A stretch of DNA of 53,415 nt from positions 1-53,415 of the forward strand of contig CAZMWH010000001.1 of the NCBI GenBank assembly GCA_964570115.1, given 5' to 3'. The stretch comes from an uncultured Candidatus Saccharibacteria bacterium (GTDB lineage Bacteria > Patescibacteriota > Saccharimonadia > Saccharimonadales > Saccharimonadaceae). The notes under the pieces are model-generated. The model did not search any database. It saw only the letters and a list, made by a program, of their open reading frames with translations, and had not been told where the DNA came from. A program made the translations under genes and the position numbers. Within the stretch, counting starts at the first letter, position 1, and each line of letters opens with the position of its first letter. Below, piece after piece: positions 9,152 to 18,250 of the stretch.

Positions 9152-9754
9152 ATGTCTAAAACTAAAAAGAAAAAATCAAATAAACCCCTCGCTAAAAATC
9201 CGCGTTATCTTCGCCGTCGCCGAATTAGCCCGCTAAAACTTGCGTTCTGGCTAATCCTCGCCCTTCTTGCCGGCTTTGTCGCCTATAATATGTACCGCTT
9301 TTTCTTCGATAAGTCTTATGATCTCCCCGCTTCGGGGATTTCCGACATAAAGCCCATCGAAGTCTCTCCCGAAAAGTCCTCCGAAGAAAAGCCGAAAGAA
9401 GCCGAAAAAGAAGACAGCGACGACGGAAAAAGTATCAAACAAAACGAAGGTTCCGACCCAAACGCCTCGCCTTCTTTAACCGGCTCCCTAACTTCCGCCA
9501 ATAAATCCGGCGACAACTTAGTCATCCGCGTTAATATCGACCAATACCTCTCCTCCGGAACCTGCTCCCTAAAGTTAGAAAATAACGGAACTCTCATAGA
9601 AAAATCCGCGAACATCTTCCCGACCGCCTCAACTTCTTCCTGCGAAGGGTTCGACGTCCCGCTCTCCGAACTCTCCTCCGGAACTTGGAACATAATAATA
9701 AATCTCGCTTCCGGCGAAAAAACCGGCGAGATAAAAGGAGAAGTGAACTTATGA
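9152..9754 (+). CDS. Membrane-anchored hypothetical protein with small beta-sandwich C-terminus
   Basis: Basic N-tail, one TM segment, acidic linker, Cys pair; GGAG upstream. Confidence 0.75.
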   Translation: MSKTKKKKSNKPLAKNPRYLRRRRISPLKLAFWLILALLAGFVAYNMYRFFFDKSYDLPASGISDIKPIEVSPEKSSEEKPKEAEKEDSDDGKSIKQNEGSDPNASPSLTGSLTSANKSGDNLVIRVNIDQYLSSGTCSLKLENNGTLIEKSANIFPTASTSSCEGFDVPLSELSSGTWNIIINLASGEKTGEIKGEVNL

Positions 9755-12000
9755 GTCTAAAGAAAATCCTCCGTAGTTCGTTCCCGTTTTTAATTTTCAT
9801 TTTTGTTTTCTTCGGCGTCTTCGCTTTTCTAAACCTCCGCGATATGAGCCTCGGCTCCGCCGTCTCTCTCGATAATTTTAATCCTGGGAATATTATCACT
9901 GACTATGTAATGTCAAAATACGATTCAATGACCGAAAAAGAAATCCAAGCCTTCCTTGACGAAAAAGGGAATTGTAACGATACCCGAACTTACCTCGCCG
10001 ATTATTATACAAAGGTTTCTTACCATATCGAGAATGGTCATTTTGTCTGCCTCGCCGATGAAACCTTCGGCGACGGAACTGATTATGGCGAAGATGCCGA
10101 AGATGGCGACTCCGCTGCCCATATCATCTACGAAGCCGCCCACGATTATAAAATCAACCCCCAGGTTCTCATTGTCCTACTCCAAAAGGAACAAGGTTTA
10201 ATTACCGACTCTTGGCCTAATTCCGTTCAATACCGCTCCGCGACCGGCTATGGCTGCCCCGATACCGCCGCCTGTAGCACGAAATATTATGGTTTTAAAA
10301 ACCAAGTCCGAAACGCCGCGAAACTTTTCCGAACTGTTCTCGACGGTGGCTGGACAAACTATCCTCTAGGCAATAATTATATCCAATACAACCCCGATTC
10401 TTCCTGTGGCGGTTCCACCGTCTATATCGAAAACCTCGCGACCTCCTCGCTCTATCGCTATACCCCTTACCAGCCCAACGCCTCCTCTCTCGCCGCCGGC
10501 TACGGAACCGGAAACTCCTGTAGCGCCTACGGCAACCGCAACTTCTATCTCTACTTTAACGATTGGTTCGGTAGTTCAACCGAATTTGTTGAACTTCCCG
10601 TTGAAGCCGAGACGAATTTCGAGCAGCCTATTCTTGACGGCGAATACCAAATCGTTTCCAAAGCCTACCCAGATAAAGCTATCGACATTCGTGGCGGTAT
10701 CAAAGACGGTATGACAAGCGCCGAAACAATTATCTTTTCAAAAAAGACCGACTATTCTAACGCCAAAAATCAGATTTTCAATTTTTCCTACGATTCTAAA
10801 ACTGGCTACTATAATATAGATAATATCTATTCCGACCTCTCTTTTGACGTTAAAGGTAATAGCATTAAAAACTCCACCCCAATAATCATGTGGCGTCATA
10901 ATTCCGGCTGTAACCAGCAATGGCTACTAGAAAGAGATAACGACGGTTATTATTCGATCATTTCCCGATGCTCAAGTAAAGTTCTCGATGCAACGTCAAA
11001 TAATGCCCTTATTATCTTCGCTCGTCACGACGGCAACAATCAAAAATGGCAATTAGTCCCGGTTCAATCCTCGGATGATAAAATCGAAAACGGCGTTTAC
11101 CAGATTACCTCCGACGATAAAGCCCTCGATATTTCCGGTGGGGTAACTGCCGAAACGACTTCCGGAGATGTTGTCCTCTTCTCGAAAAAACCTGAAGATT
11201 CCGCTTCGATCGCTAACCAACTTTTCGAAATAACCTATAATTCAAAAGAAGCTTCTTACGAAATCAAAAATCCAACCCCTAACCTCCTTCTTAAAGAAAA
11301 ACGTAACGTCGTCGTCTCGAAATCTACTAATTCTTGCGACGAACAGTGGATTATCAAGAAAAGGGAAGACTCCGGCTATAATATTATCTCCCGCTGTTCC
11401 GGAAAAGGTCTAACCGTCTCCAGTGATATTATCGGCTCCTCAAAAGCAATTACGACTTCGTACACTCCGGAAGAAAGCTGGAAATTTACTAAACATACGA
11501 TTGCGCCCGCCGAAGAAGAACCTCAGATCGAACCCGAAGAAGAATCTTCCGAAATAGATTTAGATGTAGATTATCAGCTAATCTCCTCGTCTGGCGATAA
11601 AGCCCTCGATATTTCCGGTGGGGTAACTGCCGAAACTAAACGGGGTAATGTTGTCGCCTTTAGAAAAAAAGAAACCGGCCTCGAAAATCAAACTATTCGT
11701 TTCGAATATGACGCCGAAAAAGACGAATATCTAATCTATAATCCAACTTCTAATCTCTATCTAGACGTTGCTGGAGCCAGTAAAGAAGAAGACGCTTCCG
11801 TCATTTTCTTCCCGAAAAACGGAAACTGCAACCAACGTTGGAAAATAAAAAAATCTGGCGATGCCTATAAAATCAGTTCCGTCTGTTCCAATAAAAACCT
11901 CGCTATTTCCGAAACCACTAAAATCGGCTCCGCCTATAGTTTAGCAATCTTCAGCGACGGTTCTAGCTCAAGCGAACTCTGGTCTTTGAAAGAACTCTAA
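9751..12000 (+). CDS. Secreted/anchored protein: conserved N-terminal domain (possible cell-wall hydrolase) plus three ricin-B-like lectin domains
   Basis: ATG 9751 with AAAGGAG and ATGA overlap; N-terminal TM; FNPGNII, INPQVLIVLLQKEQ, ATGYGCPD, YRYTPY; repeated LDI/LDV..NQ.W/F motifs. Confidence 0.75.
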   Translation: MSLKKILRSSFPFLIFIFVFFGVFAFLNLRDMSLGSAVSLDNFNPGNIITDYVMSKYDSMTEKEIQAFLDEKGNCNDTRTYLADYYTKVSYHIENGHFVCLADETFGDGTDYGEDAEDGDSAAHIIYEAAHDYKINPQVLIVLLQKEQGLITDSWPNSVQYRSATGYGCPDTAACSTKYYGFKNQVRNAAKLFRTVLDGGWTNYPLGNNYIQYNPDSSCGGSTVYIENLATSSLYRYTPYQPNASSLAAGYGTGNSCSAYGNRNFYLYFNDWFGSSTEFVELPVEAETNFEQPILDGEYQIVSKAYPDKAIDIRGGIKDGMTSAETIIFSKKTDYSNAKNQIFNFSYDSKTGYYNIDNIYSDLSFDVKGNSIKNSTPIIMWRHNSGCNQQWLLERDNDGYYSIISRCSSKVLDATSNNALIIFARHDGNNQKWQLVPVQSSDDKIENGVYQITSDDKALDISGGVTAETTSGDVVLFSKKPEDSASIANQLFEITYNSKEASYEIKNPTPNLLLKEKRNVVVSKSTNSCDEQWIIKKREDSGYNIISRCSGKGLTVSSDIIGSSKAITTSYTPEESWKFTKHTIAPAEEEPQIEPEEESSEIDLDVDYQLISSSGDKALDISGGVTAETKRGNVVAFRKKETGLENQTIRFEYDAEKDEYLIYNPTSNLYLDVAGASKEEDASVIFFPKNGNCNQRWKIKKSGDAYKISSVCSNKNLAISETTKIGSAYSLAIFSDGSSSSELWSLKEL
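11115..11636 (+). repeat. 42-bp perfect direct repeat within the lectin domains (11115-11156 and 11595-11636)
   Basis: CGATAAAGCCCTCGATATTTCCGGTGGGGTAACTGCCGAAAC occurs twice, 480 bp apart and in frame. Confidence 0.9.
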
Positions 12001-12003
12001 AAT

Positions 12004-13020
12004 CTAACGCCGTCTTAGTTTATTGGCTAATAAAGAGACTTTTCTAGCGATCTTATAAGCTCGCGAATTAGTAATCTCTCGATATTGCTCTCTTAGCGTT
12101 CCGAGCTCTTGCCCTTGCTCGTTAATGATTTTTTCCTTATTTTTCAGTTCTTTTTCTAAAATAGAATTTCGCGTTGCCTCGTATGATGCTCCGTCGGAAT
12201 AAACGCCCTCTAAATAATGTTTTTGTTCCAATAGTTTTAATAGTCGCCCATCTATATTCTGATATAATTCCTTGAACAGTTCTCGATACGGCGTTTTAAA
12301 ATCAACAATCGCAAAATCATTATGCGGGATTCTCTGATTTTTTGGCGGCAACTTCATATAGTCCCCATATTGCGCAGTCAAATCTTCTTCGATTTTAGAA
12401 GACAAGGGGATCGTTGTGTCTTCAAACTTAACAATTCGGGGAGTTTCTAGCCCTCTCCTGTCTCTCGTAAAATCATACCCAAAAGAAAATTCAACAATCC
12501 TCTCCGCTTCACTAAGACTATTTTGTGATAAAATTTCCTGCTTTTCTTTCCTTAATTCTTTTAAAGAATGTTTCGATGCTTTTCTATATCTATCGAACGT
12601 CAGGGAATTATTCTTAAAAAATCTCATTCTCTCGATAAATTTTTCTCGCTCTGCTGGTTCATTCGGCGTTCCGATAATAGGAAAAACGTCTAAAAATATT
12701 CCATAACAATTCTCAACATCCATTAAACAAGTCGTCTCGATAAACGCTGTATTCTTATTATGAACTTTTCCGCCCATCCATAATAAATCCTTATACTCAT
12801 AAGGCTCATTTAAATCTTTTTTTAACGCCTTAACGAATTTCTCATATTGGTCAACCGGAACCCCTAAATCTATATCATCATCCCACGGAATAAACCCTTC
12901 GTGCCTAACCGCCCCCAACGCCGTTCCGCCTAGCGCAAAATAACTAATTTTGTTTTTCTCGCAAACTCTCTTTACTTCCTTATAAATCTTTAACAATTCT
13001 TCCTGCAAACGAGTTCTCAT
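12004..13020 (-). CDS. LicD-family phosphotransferase with C-terminal coiled coil
   Basis: GGTALGAVRHEGFIPWDDDIDL, FLDVFP, YGDYMKLPP; ATG 13020 overlaps the upstream TGA. Confidence 0.92.
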   Translation of the reverse strand: MRTRLQEELLKIYKEVKRVCEKNKISYFALGGTALGAVRHEGFIPWDDDIDLGVPVDQYEKFVKALKKDLNEPYEYKDLLWMGGKVHNKNTAFIETTCLMDVENCYGIFLDVFPIIGTPNEPAEREKFIERMRFFKNNSLTFDRYRKASKHSLKELRKEKQEILSQNSLSEAERIVEFSFGYDFTRDRRGLETPRIVKFEDTTIPLSSKIEEDLTAQYGDYMKLPPKNQRIPHNDFAIVDFKTPYRELFKELYQNIDGRLLKLLEQKHYLEGVYSDGASYEATRNSILEKELKNKEKIINEQGQELGTLREQYREITNSRAYKIARKVSLLANKLRRR

Positions 13021-13421
13021 CCCTGATGTTTTAACTCCTGTTTTATTTTTGTTGTCGATATTCCTGCCGTTCTTTCCAAAATAACAACTTCGCAAAACTC
13101 GTCAATCCCCTTTAACTTATCGCTTCCTCGGTAATCACTACCGAGAACAAAAACATCCGGCTTATATTTCTTAAAATCTTCAAATTTCTGATCAAAACTT
13201 TCTTCAGGAAAAACTTTATCGACGCATCTTAACGCCTCTAACATTTCTTTTCGCTGCTCATAAGAATAATAAGGATGTTTATTTTTATCTCGTTTACAAA
13301 ACTCATCTGTCGACACACCAACAAACAACTTATCTCCTAGCTTTCTAGCTCGTTCCAATAGTCTAATGTGTCCGTAATGCAAAATGTCGAACGTCCCATA
13401 GGTAATAACGAGTTTTCCCAT
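13017..13421 (-). CDS. Glycerol-3-phosphate cytidylyltransferase-like protein (TagD family)
   Basis: ITYGTFDILHYGH, GVSTDEF, GSDY, RTAGISTT. Confidence 0.92.
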   Translation of the reverse strand: MGKLVITYGTFDILHYGHIRLLERARKLGDKLFVGVSTDEFCKRDKNKHPYYSYEQRKEMLEALRCVDKVFPEESFDQKFEDFKKYKPDVFVLGSDYRGSDKLKGIDEFCEVVILERTAGISTTKIKQELKHQG

Positions 13422-13475
13422 ATATAATATATATCACATTTTTCGTGTCTATGTAAATATGATATAATAGCGTAA

Positions 13476-15644
13476 ATGGAAAAGCCTAATCTCTCGATTA
13501 TTCTTACTGCCCATTCCGAAGGTCTTCTCGCCCATAAAACCCTTCGCAATATTTTTTCTGCCGTAAAACTTTTAGAAGAAAAAAATGTCTCCTATGAAAT
13601 CATTGTCCATATCGACAACGGAACCGAAGAAACGCTTAATTATTTTTCCCGCTACGAAAAAGACCCTCGCTTTAAGATTTTTAAAAACAATTTTAAAGAC
13701 CCTGGGCTTTCCCGAAACTTCGCAGTTAAAAACTCTAGCGGCGAGGTCATTAGCCTCATCGACGCCGACGATTTATTTTCCGATAACTGGCTGCTTCTGT
13801 CTTATGAGTTTATTAAATCCGGAACCGAACCAGTCATAGTCCACCCCGAAGCAAGCCTAACTTTCGGCAACTCTACTCCCCACGTTCTCTGGCTCCAACA
13901 TAATTCCGAAAACTCTCCCGAAGACTTACTAATCGCTTGTGGTGCTAACCGCTGGATTTCAATGTGCTCCGCCCCGCGCGAAGTTTTTCTCGAAACTCCT
14001 TACCCGAAAACCCGAAACGGCTACGGAAATGAAGATTGGTGGTTTAATACCGAAACCGAAGCGAAGGGAATTGCTCATAAAATCCTCCCCTCGACAATCC
14101 AATTCTACCGCCAAAAACCCGTCTCCGTCCTCTCTAAAAACAACAACGAAAAATCTGTCCAAGAATACACCTCTCTCTTCTCGCTCGAAAATTGTCAAAA
14201 ACTTTTTAAAGATTCCTCCGCCGAAAAAGAAGCCTTAAAGCCTTCCTTAAAAACCCGTCTCTATAAGTCCTATAAAAAAATCCGCAACTCTCGCCTTAAC
14301 GTTTTTATTACCCCCGTCGCCCGCCCAGTTCGTATTGCTGTCGATAAAATCGAAAACCTCTCCCGCCCCCGCGTCGAGAAAAAGGCGTATATCCCAGATT
14401 TTGTCCTCTTAGAATGGCGAAAAATTACTAAAATCGAGCCCCAGCTCTACCCAACTAAATCCGCGCTCGAAAACGTCGTCCGTTATTATTCCGACTCAGA
14501 AAACGTCGTTGGCGTCGCATTCATTAAATCTCTAAAAAACGTTCCTGCCCTTCCGGATTATGTTTTTATTGTCCCGTGGCTCGTTGCTGGTGGCGCCGAT
14601 AAAGTTGTTTTAAATTATATCAAAGCCTTTCTCGAGCTAAACCCCTCTCTAAAGATCGCCGTTTTAACGACTCTCCCCGCAAAAAATACCTGGGAAAAAG
14701 AACTCCCAGAAAACGCCTTCCTTATAGATTTCGGAAACAACTCTATCGCCCTCAACGAAGACCAAAAATCTATTCTCTTCGCTCGCCTTCTCGCCCAGTT
14801 AAAAACCAAAAATCTTCATCTCATTAACAGCGAATATGGCTATCAGTGGATTGCCGCCCATAAAACTCTTATTAAAAACGAGTTTAACTTAAACGTTTCT
14901 GTCTTTTGTTATGATTTTATCCCCGAAACGAATAACGAAGCCGTCTTCGATTATCTCGACCCCTATCTCCTCTCGATTCACGACGTCATCAAAAATATCT
15001 TTACCGATAATAAAGCCGTAATCTCTCGCGCCGTCGAAACCTGCGGACTTTCTAAAGAAAAGTTTAAAGTCCATTACCAGCCAATTCTCGACGACCTCTA
15101 TCCTCCGAAAGATGAAGTCCATCGCCCTCTAAAAATCCTTTGGGCAAGCCGCATCGCTTACCAAAAATGTCCCGAAACTCTCGTCGAAATTGCAAAGCGT
15201 CTTAACCCCGACGATTACCGTATCGAAGTCTTCGGACGTCTCGATAACGGCTATAATAAATCAATCTTCGACAACATCCCGAGCCTCGTCTATCGCGGCA
15301 GTTATAACGGCTTCTCCTCTCTCGAAACTAGTGACTACGACGTCTATCTTTATACCTCAAATATCGACGGCGTTCCGAACTGCCTCCTCGAAGCAACCGC
15401 CGCCGGACTTCCACTCATCGCTCCAAACGTCGGCGGTATCAGCGAGCTCGTTAAAGATAAAAAAACCGGGCTTCTAATCGACGATTTTTCCGACGTCGAT
15501 GCTTATGTTTCCGCGCTTAAGTTCATCAAGAAAAACCCCCGCGTTCTCCCCGAGCTCGTCTTAAACGCCCAATCCCTCCTCAAGTCTCAACATTCTTGGC
15601 AAAAATTCGTCAAAATCGTCAAATCCGACCTAAATCTCGACTAA
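13476..15644 (+). CDS. Bifunctional glycosyltransferase (GT2 + GT4-like)
   Basis: N-terminal GLSRN..DADD; C-terminal GGADKV, RIAYQK, DGVPNCLLEA..AGLPLI. Confidence 0.88.
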   Translation: MEKPNLSIILTAHSEGLLAHKTLRNIFSAVKLLEEKNVSYEIIVHIDNGTEETLNYFSRYEKDPRFKIFKNNFKDPGLSRNFAVKNSSGEVISLIDADDLFSDNWLLLSYEFIKSGTEPVIVHPEASLTFGNSTPHVLWLQHNSENSPEDLLIACGANRWISMCSAPREVFLETPYPKTRNGYGNEDWWFNTETEAKGIAHKILPSTIQFYRQKPVSVLSKNNNEKSVQEYTSLFSLENCQKLFKDSSAEKEALKPSLKTRLYKSYKKIRNSRLNVFITPVARPVRIAVDKIENLSRPRVEKKAYIPDFVLLEWRKITKIEPQLYPTKSALENVVRYYSDSENVVGVAFIKSLKNVPALPDYVFIVPWLVAGGADKVVLNYIKAFLELNPSLKIAVLTTLPAKNTWEKELPENAFLIDFGNNSIALNEDQKSILFARLLAQLKTKNLHLINSEYGYQWIAAHKTLIKNEFNLNVSVFCYDFIPETNNEAVFDYLDPYLLSIHDVIKNIFTDNKAVISRAVETCGLSKEKFKVHYQPILDDLYPPKDEVHRPLKILWASRIAYQKCPETLVEIAKRLNPDDYRIEVFGRLDNGYNKSIFDNIPSLVYRGSYNGFSSLETSDYDVYLYTSNIDGVPNCLLEATAAGLPLIAPNVGGISELVKDKKTGLLIDDFSDVDAYVSALKFIKKNPRVLPELVLNAQSLLKSQHSWQKFVKIVKSDLNLD

Positions 15645-16949
15645 ATCTTTCCCGTCTCGAAATTCTTTCATTACTTCCGAAATCTTTAAGCTAACTTTCC
15701 TCTCAATTCTCGGAACGTCCTTTTGGTCTTTTGTCGCCTGCAAAAACTCAACTAGCTCATAGCGAATTCCTTCGCCGTCAAGTTGATAAAAATATCGTCG
15801 ATTTTTCGTCGTGTCCTCGTAGCGAACCTCAAAATACTCCGTCTTCCACCACGGCGCCGGAACATAAATATACCCCTCTGTCCCAGAAATAACGAGTTCG
15901 CCTTCTGCCTTCGCCCCCTCCGCAACATAAATCGACGCCGTCGCCGATTTATAAATAAAGTTAATTTTTGTAATTTCGTCCCCGCCTGTCTTCTTGTCGA
16001 TGCGACTAATAATCGTCTTCTTTTTATAGTCAGTCCCTAAAACTTGGAAAACCGGCAACATCGCGTTCGGACCCCACTCATATAGGCTCGCGCACTTCTC
16101 CGGATTGTTTCGCTTCTGGCTCGTACAGGTCGCCTCGACTGAAACAACTTCTCCAATTTTTCCAATCTCCGCCAGCAAGGCTAACCTCTGATATGCCGTC
16201 GAATATGCCGTCCTAATCGCTTCCATCAACACCAACTTCTTCTTTCTAGCAAGCGTAAATAATTCTTCAGTCTGTTTCGGGTCTAACGTAATCGGCGACT
16301 CAACTAAAACGTTTCTCCCCGCCTCTAGCGAACGTTTAATTACCTCATATCTTTTTTCATAATCCGTCTTAATATAAACCGCATCCGAATTTTCCAGCGC
16401 TTCGTCCAGGGAATTAAACTTATTAACTCCGAGTTTCTGGATTTCTTCTCCCTCTCCTCGTTCCGAAAAAATCCCAGAAATAGAAAGTCCGTTAACAAAC
16501 TTGCTTTCCGTAATGATTTTCGAAAAATATCCAAGCGAATCCCCAACCAACCCGAGTTTTAGCGCTCGCTTCTCTGCTCGAATTTCCGACGACGAAATCC
16601 CTTTCGTCCTTTCCAGATATATAACTTCGCAGTAATTCCTTAGATAATCGAATTTTCCTTCCCAGTCTGACCCAATCGCAAACGTATCGACATTATACTT
16701 TTTAATATCGTCAATTTTCTGCCCGTCATATTCCTCGACAATCACCAAATCCGCCAATCCCGTCGCTTTGACCGCCGCAATTCTTTCCGCTAAACTTTGC
16801 TCAGCGTTAATCTTTCCGCGCGTCCGGTCATAGTCGTCGCTCGTTACCCCAACGATTAAATAATCTCCGAGTTTTTTCGCTCGCTCTAAAAGTCTTCGGT
16901 GCCCGAAATGGAATAAATCGAAAGACCCATAGGTAATTACTTTTTTCAT
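15630..16949 (-). CDS. Cytidylyltransferase fused to Gfo/Idh/MocA-type oxidoreductase
   Basis: ITYGSFDLFHFGH, RTKGISSS; then GLVG, GRNVLVESP, LMEAI. Confidence 0.88.
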   Translation of the reverse strand: MKKVITYGSFDLFHFGHRRLLERAKKLGDYLIVGVTSDDYDRTRGKINAEQSLAERIAAVKATGLADLVIVEEYDGQKIDDIKKYNVDTFAIGSDWEGKFDYLRNYCEVIYLERTKGISSSEIRAEKRALKLGLVGDSLGYFSKIITESKFVNGLSISGIFSERGEGEEIQKLGVNKFNSLDEALENSDAVYIKTDYEKRYEVIKRSLEAGRNVLVESPITLDPKQTEELFTLARKKKLVLMEAIRTAYSTAYQRLALLAEIGKIGEVVSVEATCTSQKRNNPEKCASLYEWGPNAMLPVFQVLGTDYKKKTIISRIDKKTGGDEITKINFIYKSATASIYVAEGAKAEGELVISGTEGYIYVPAPWWKTEYFEVRYEDTTKNRRYFYQLDGEGIRYELVEFLQATKDQKDVPRIERKVSLKISEVMKEFRDGKDLVEI

Positions 16950-16950
16950 T

Positions 16951-18024
16951 TTAAATCTTTCCGCCCGCCCTTAATTCATTAAACGCGTCTATTAACTTAT
17001 CATAATCTTCAGTCGTCAAATTTCCAATATGTCCAACCCGAAAGACTCTCTCCTTCATCTCTCCTCCGTTCGGACAAATCCAAATCCCATAATTATCTTT
17101 TAGCTCTAAAAAGATTTCATAAGCGTTCGCCTTCAGTGGTCGAAGCGAAGTAACAGCATTCGACGGCGCTTCGGAAACGAACTCAAAAGGGAATTGCTTA
17201 ATTTTTTCTCTAAAATATTCCGCGAGCTTTTTAACTTTCTTGATTTCGACTTCCGCCCCGCCCTCTTCTTTGATCGCCTTCAACCTCGCGTTAATCTGCC
17301 TTAGTGTTCCGACTGCCGGCGTAAACGGCGTCTGTCCTCGTTCCTGATTTTCTAGTGCTAGCTTAAGATTAAGATACATAATCTTCGGGTCAATTTCAGA
17401 AATTCTTTTTTGCGCCCGTTCGGATAAAACCAACAAAGAAACTCCCGGCGGGCAAGCCAACGCCTTTTGCGAACCAGTAATTAAAATATCAATTTTCTTT
17501 TCTTTAAAATCTATCTCGTCCGCCAAAAACGCGCTAATCGCGTCAACAATTAAGAATAAATTATTTTTCTGACAGAACTCACTAATCAAATCCAAATCAT
17601 ACAAAACTCCAGTCGAAGTTTCGTGCAGGTTGACGACAAAAGCCGTATAATCTTCCGGCTTATATTTTTCCAAAATCTCTTTTGTTAAGGCTTTTCCGGC
17701 TTCCAGTTTTATTTCCGTAAACGGAATTTCGTGAATTTTCAGTAGTTCAACAAACCTCGCACCAAAACTCCCGCCGTTAACGACCAAAGCCTTATCGTTC
17801 TTGGTTAGCGTATTCATCACCGCTGCTTCCATCGAAGCCGTCCCCGAACCAGTAATAAAAACCGCTTTCGCGTTTTCTGGCGCTTTTGCAAATTCCTTAA
17901 CTAGCCTTTCGTTTTCAAGCATCAACTGAGAAAACTCTTCTGTTCTAAAATATGGAACTTGCTCTGCGCCGATTTTTAAAACTTCGTCGCTCGACTGAAC
18001 CGGACCTACAGTAAAGTTAATCAT
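16951..18024 (-). CDS. Class V PLP-dependent aminotransferase
   Basis: [45 protein letters not shown]; start placed at MINFTVGP. Confidence 0.9.
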   Translation of the reverse strand: MINFTVGPVQSSDEVLKIGAEQVPYFRTEEFSQLMLENERLVKEFAKAPENAKAVFITGSGTASMEAAVMNTLTKNDKALVVNGGSFGARFVELLKIHEIPFTEIKLEAGKALTKEILEKYKPEDYTAFVVNLHETSTGVLYDLDLISEFCQKNNLFLIVDAISAFLADEIDFKEKKIDILITGSQKALACPPGVSLLVLSERAQKRISEIDPKIMYLNLKLALENQERGQTPFTPAVGTLRQINARLKAIKEEGGAEVEIKKVKKLAEYFREKIKQFPFEFVSEAPSNAVTSLRPLKANAYEIFLELKDNYGIWICPNGGEMKERVFRVGHIGNLTTEDYDKLIDAFNELRAGGKI

Positions 18025-18250
18025 TTTTCTTTTCTTTCTTTTCGCTTTTCTTTTTAACTTCAATTTCGTCCGACTCGACTTCTTTCTTCCTATTTTCGTC
18101 GAGATTTAATTTTTTCGAAACTTTTTTCTTCGCCTTCCTAAAATATAGCCCTAAAAACGCCCCGACCGCAATTACAATCCCCGCCCCCGCCTGAATTGCA
18201 TAGGTCATCACCGACGGGTCAATATATCCGAATAAACTTAAACTGTTCAT
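18017..18250 (-). CDS. 77-aa single-pass membrane protein with YIDP motif
   Basis: [20 protein letters not shown], hydrophobic helix, very basic tail; overlaps both neighbours. Confidence 0.8.
   Translation of the reverse strand: MNSLSLFGYIDPSVMTYAIQAGAGIVIAVGAFLGLYFRKAKKKVSKKLNLDENRKKEVESDEIEVKKKSEKKEKKND

Noticed and set aside
16951-18024. Phosphonate (AEP) biosynthesis cluster
   Set aside because: No PEP mutase or phosphonopyruvate decarboxylase in the window.
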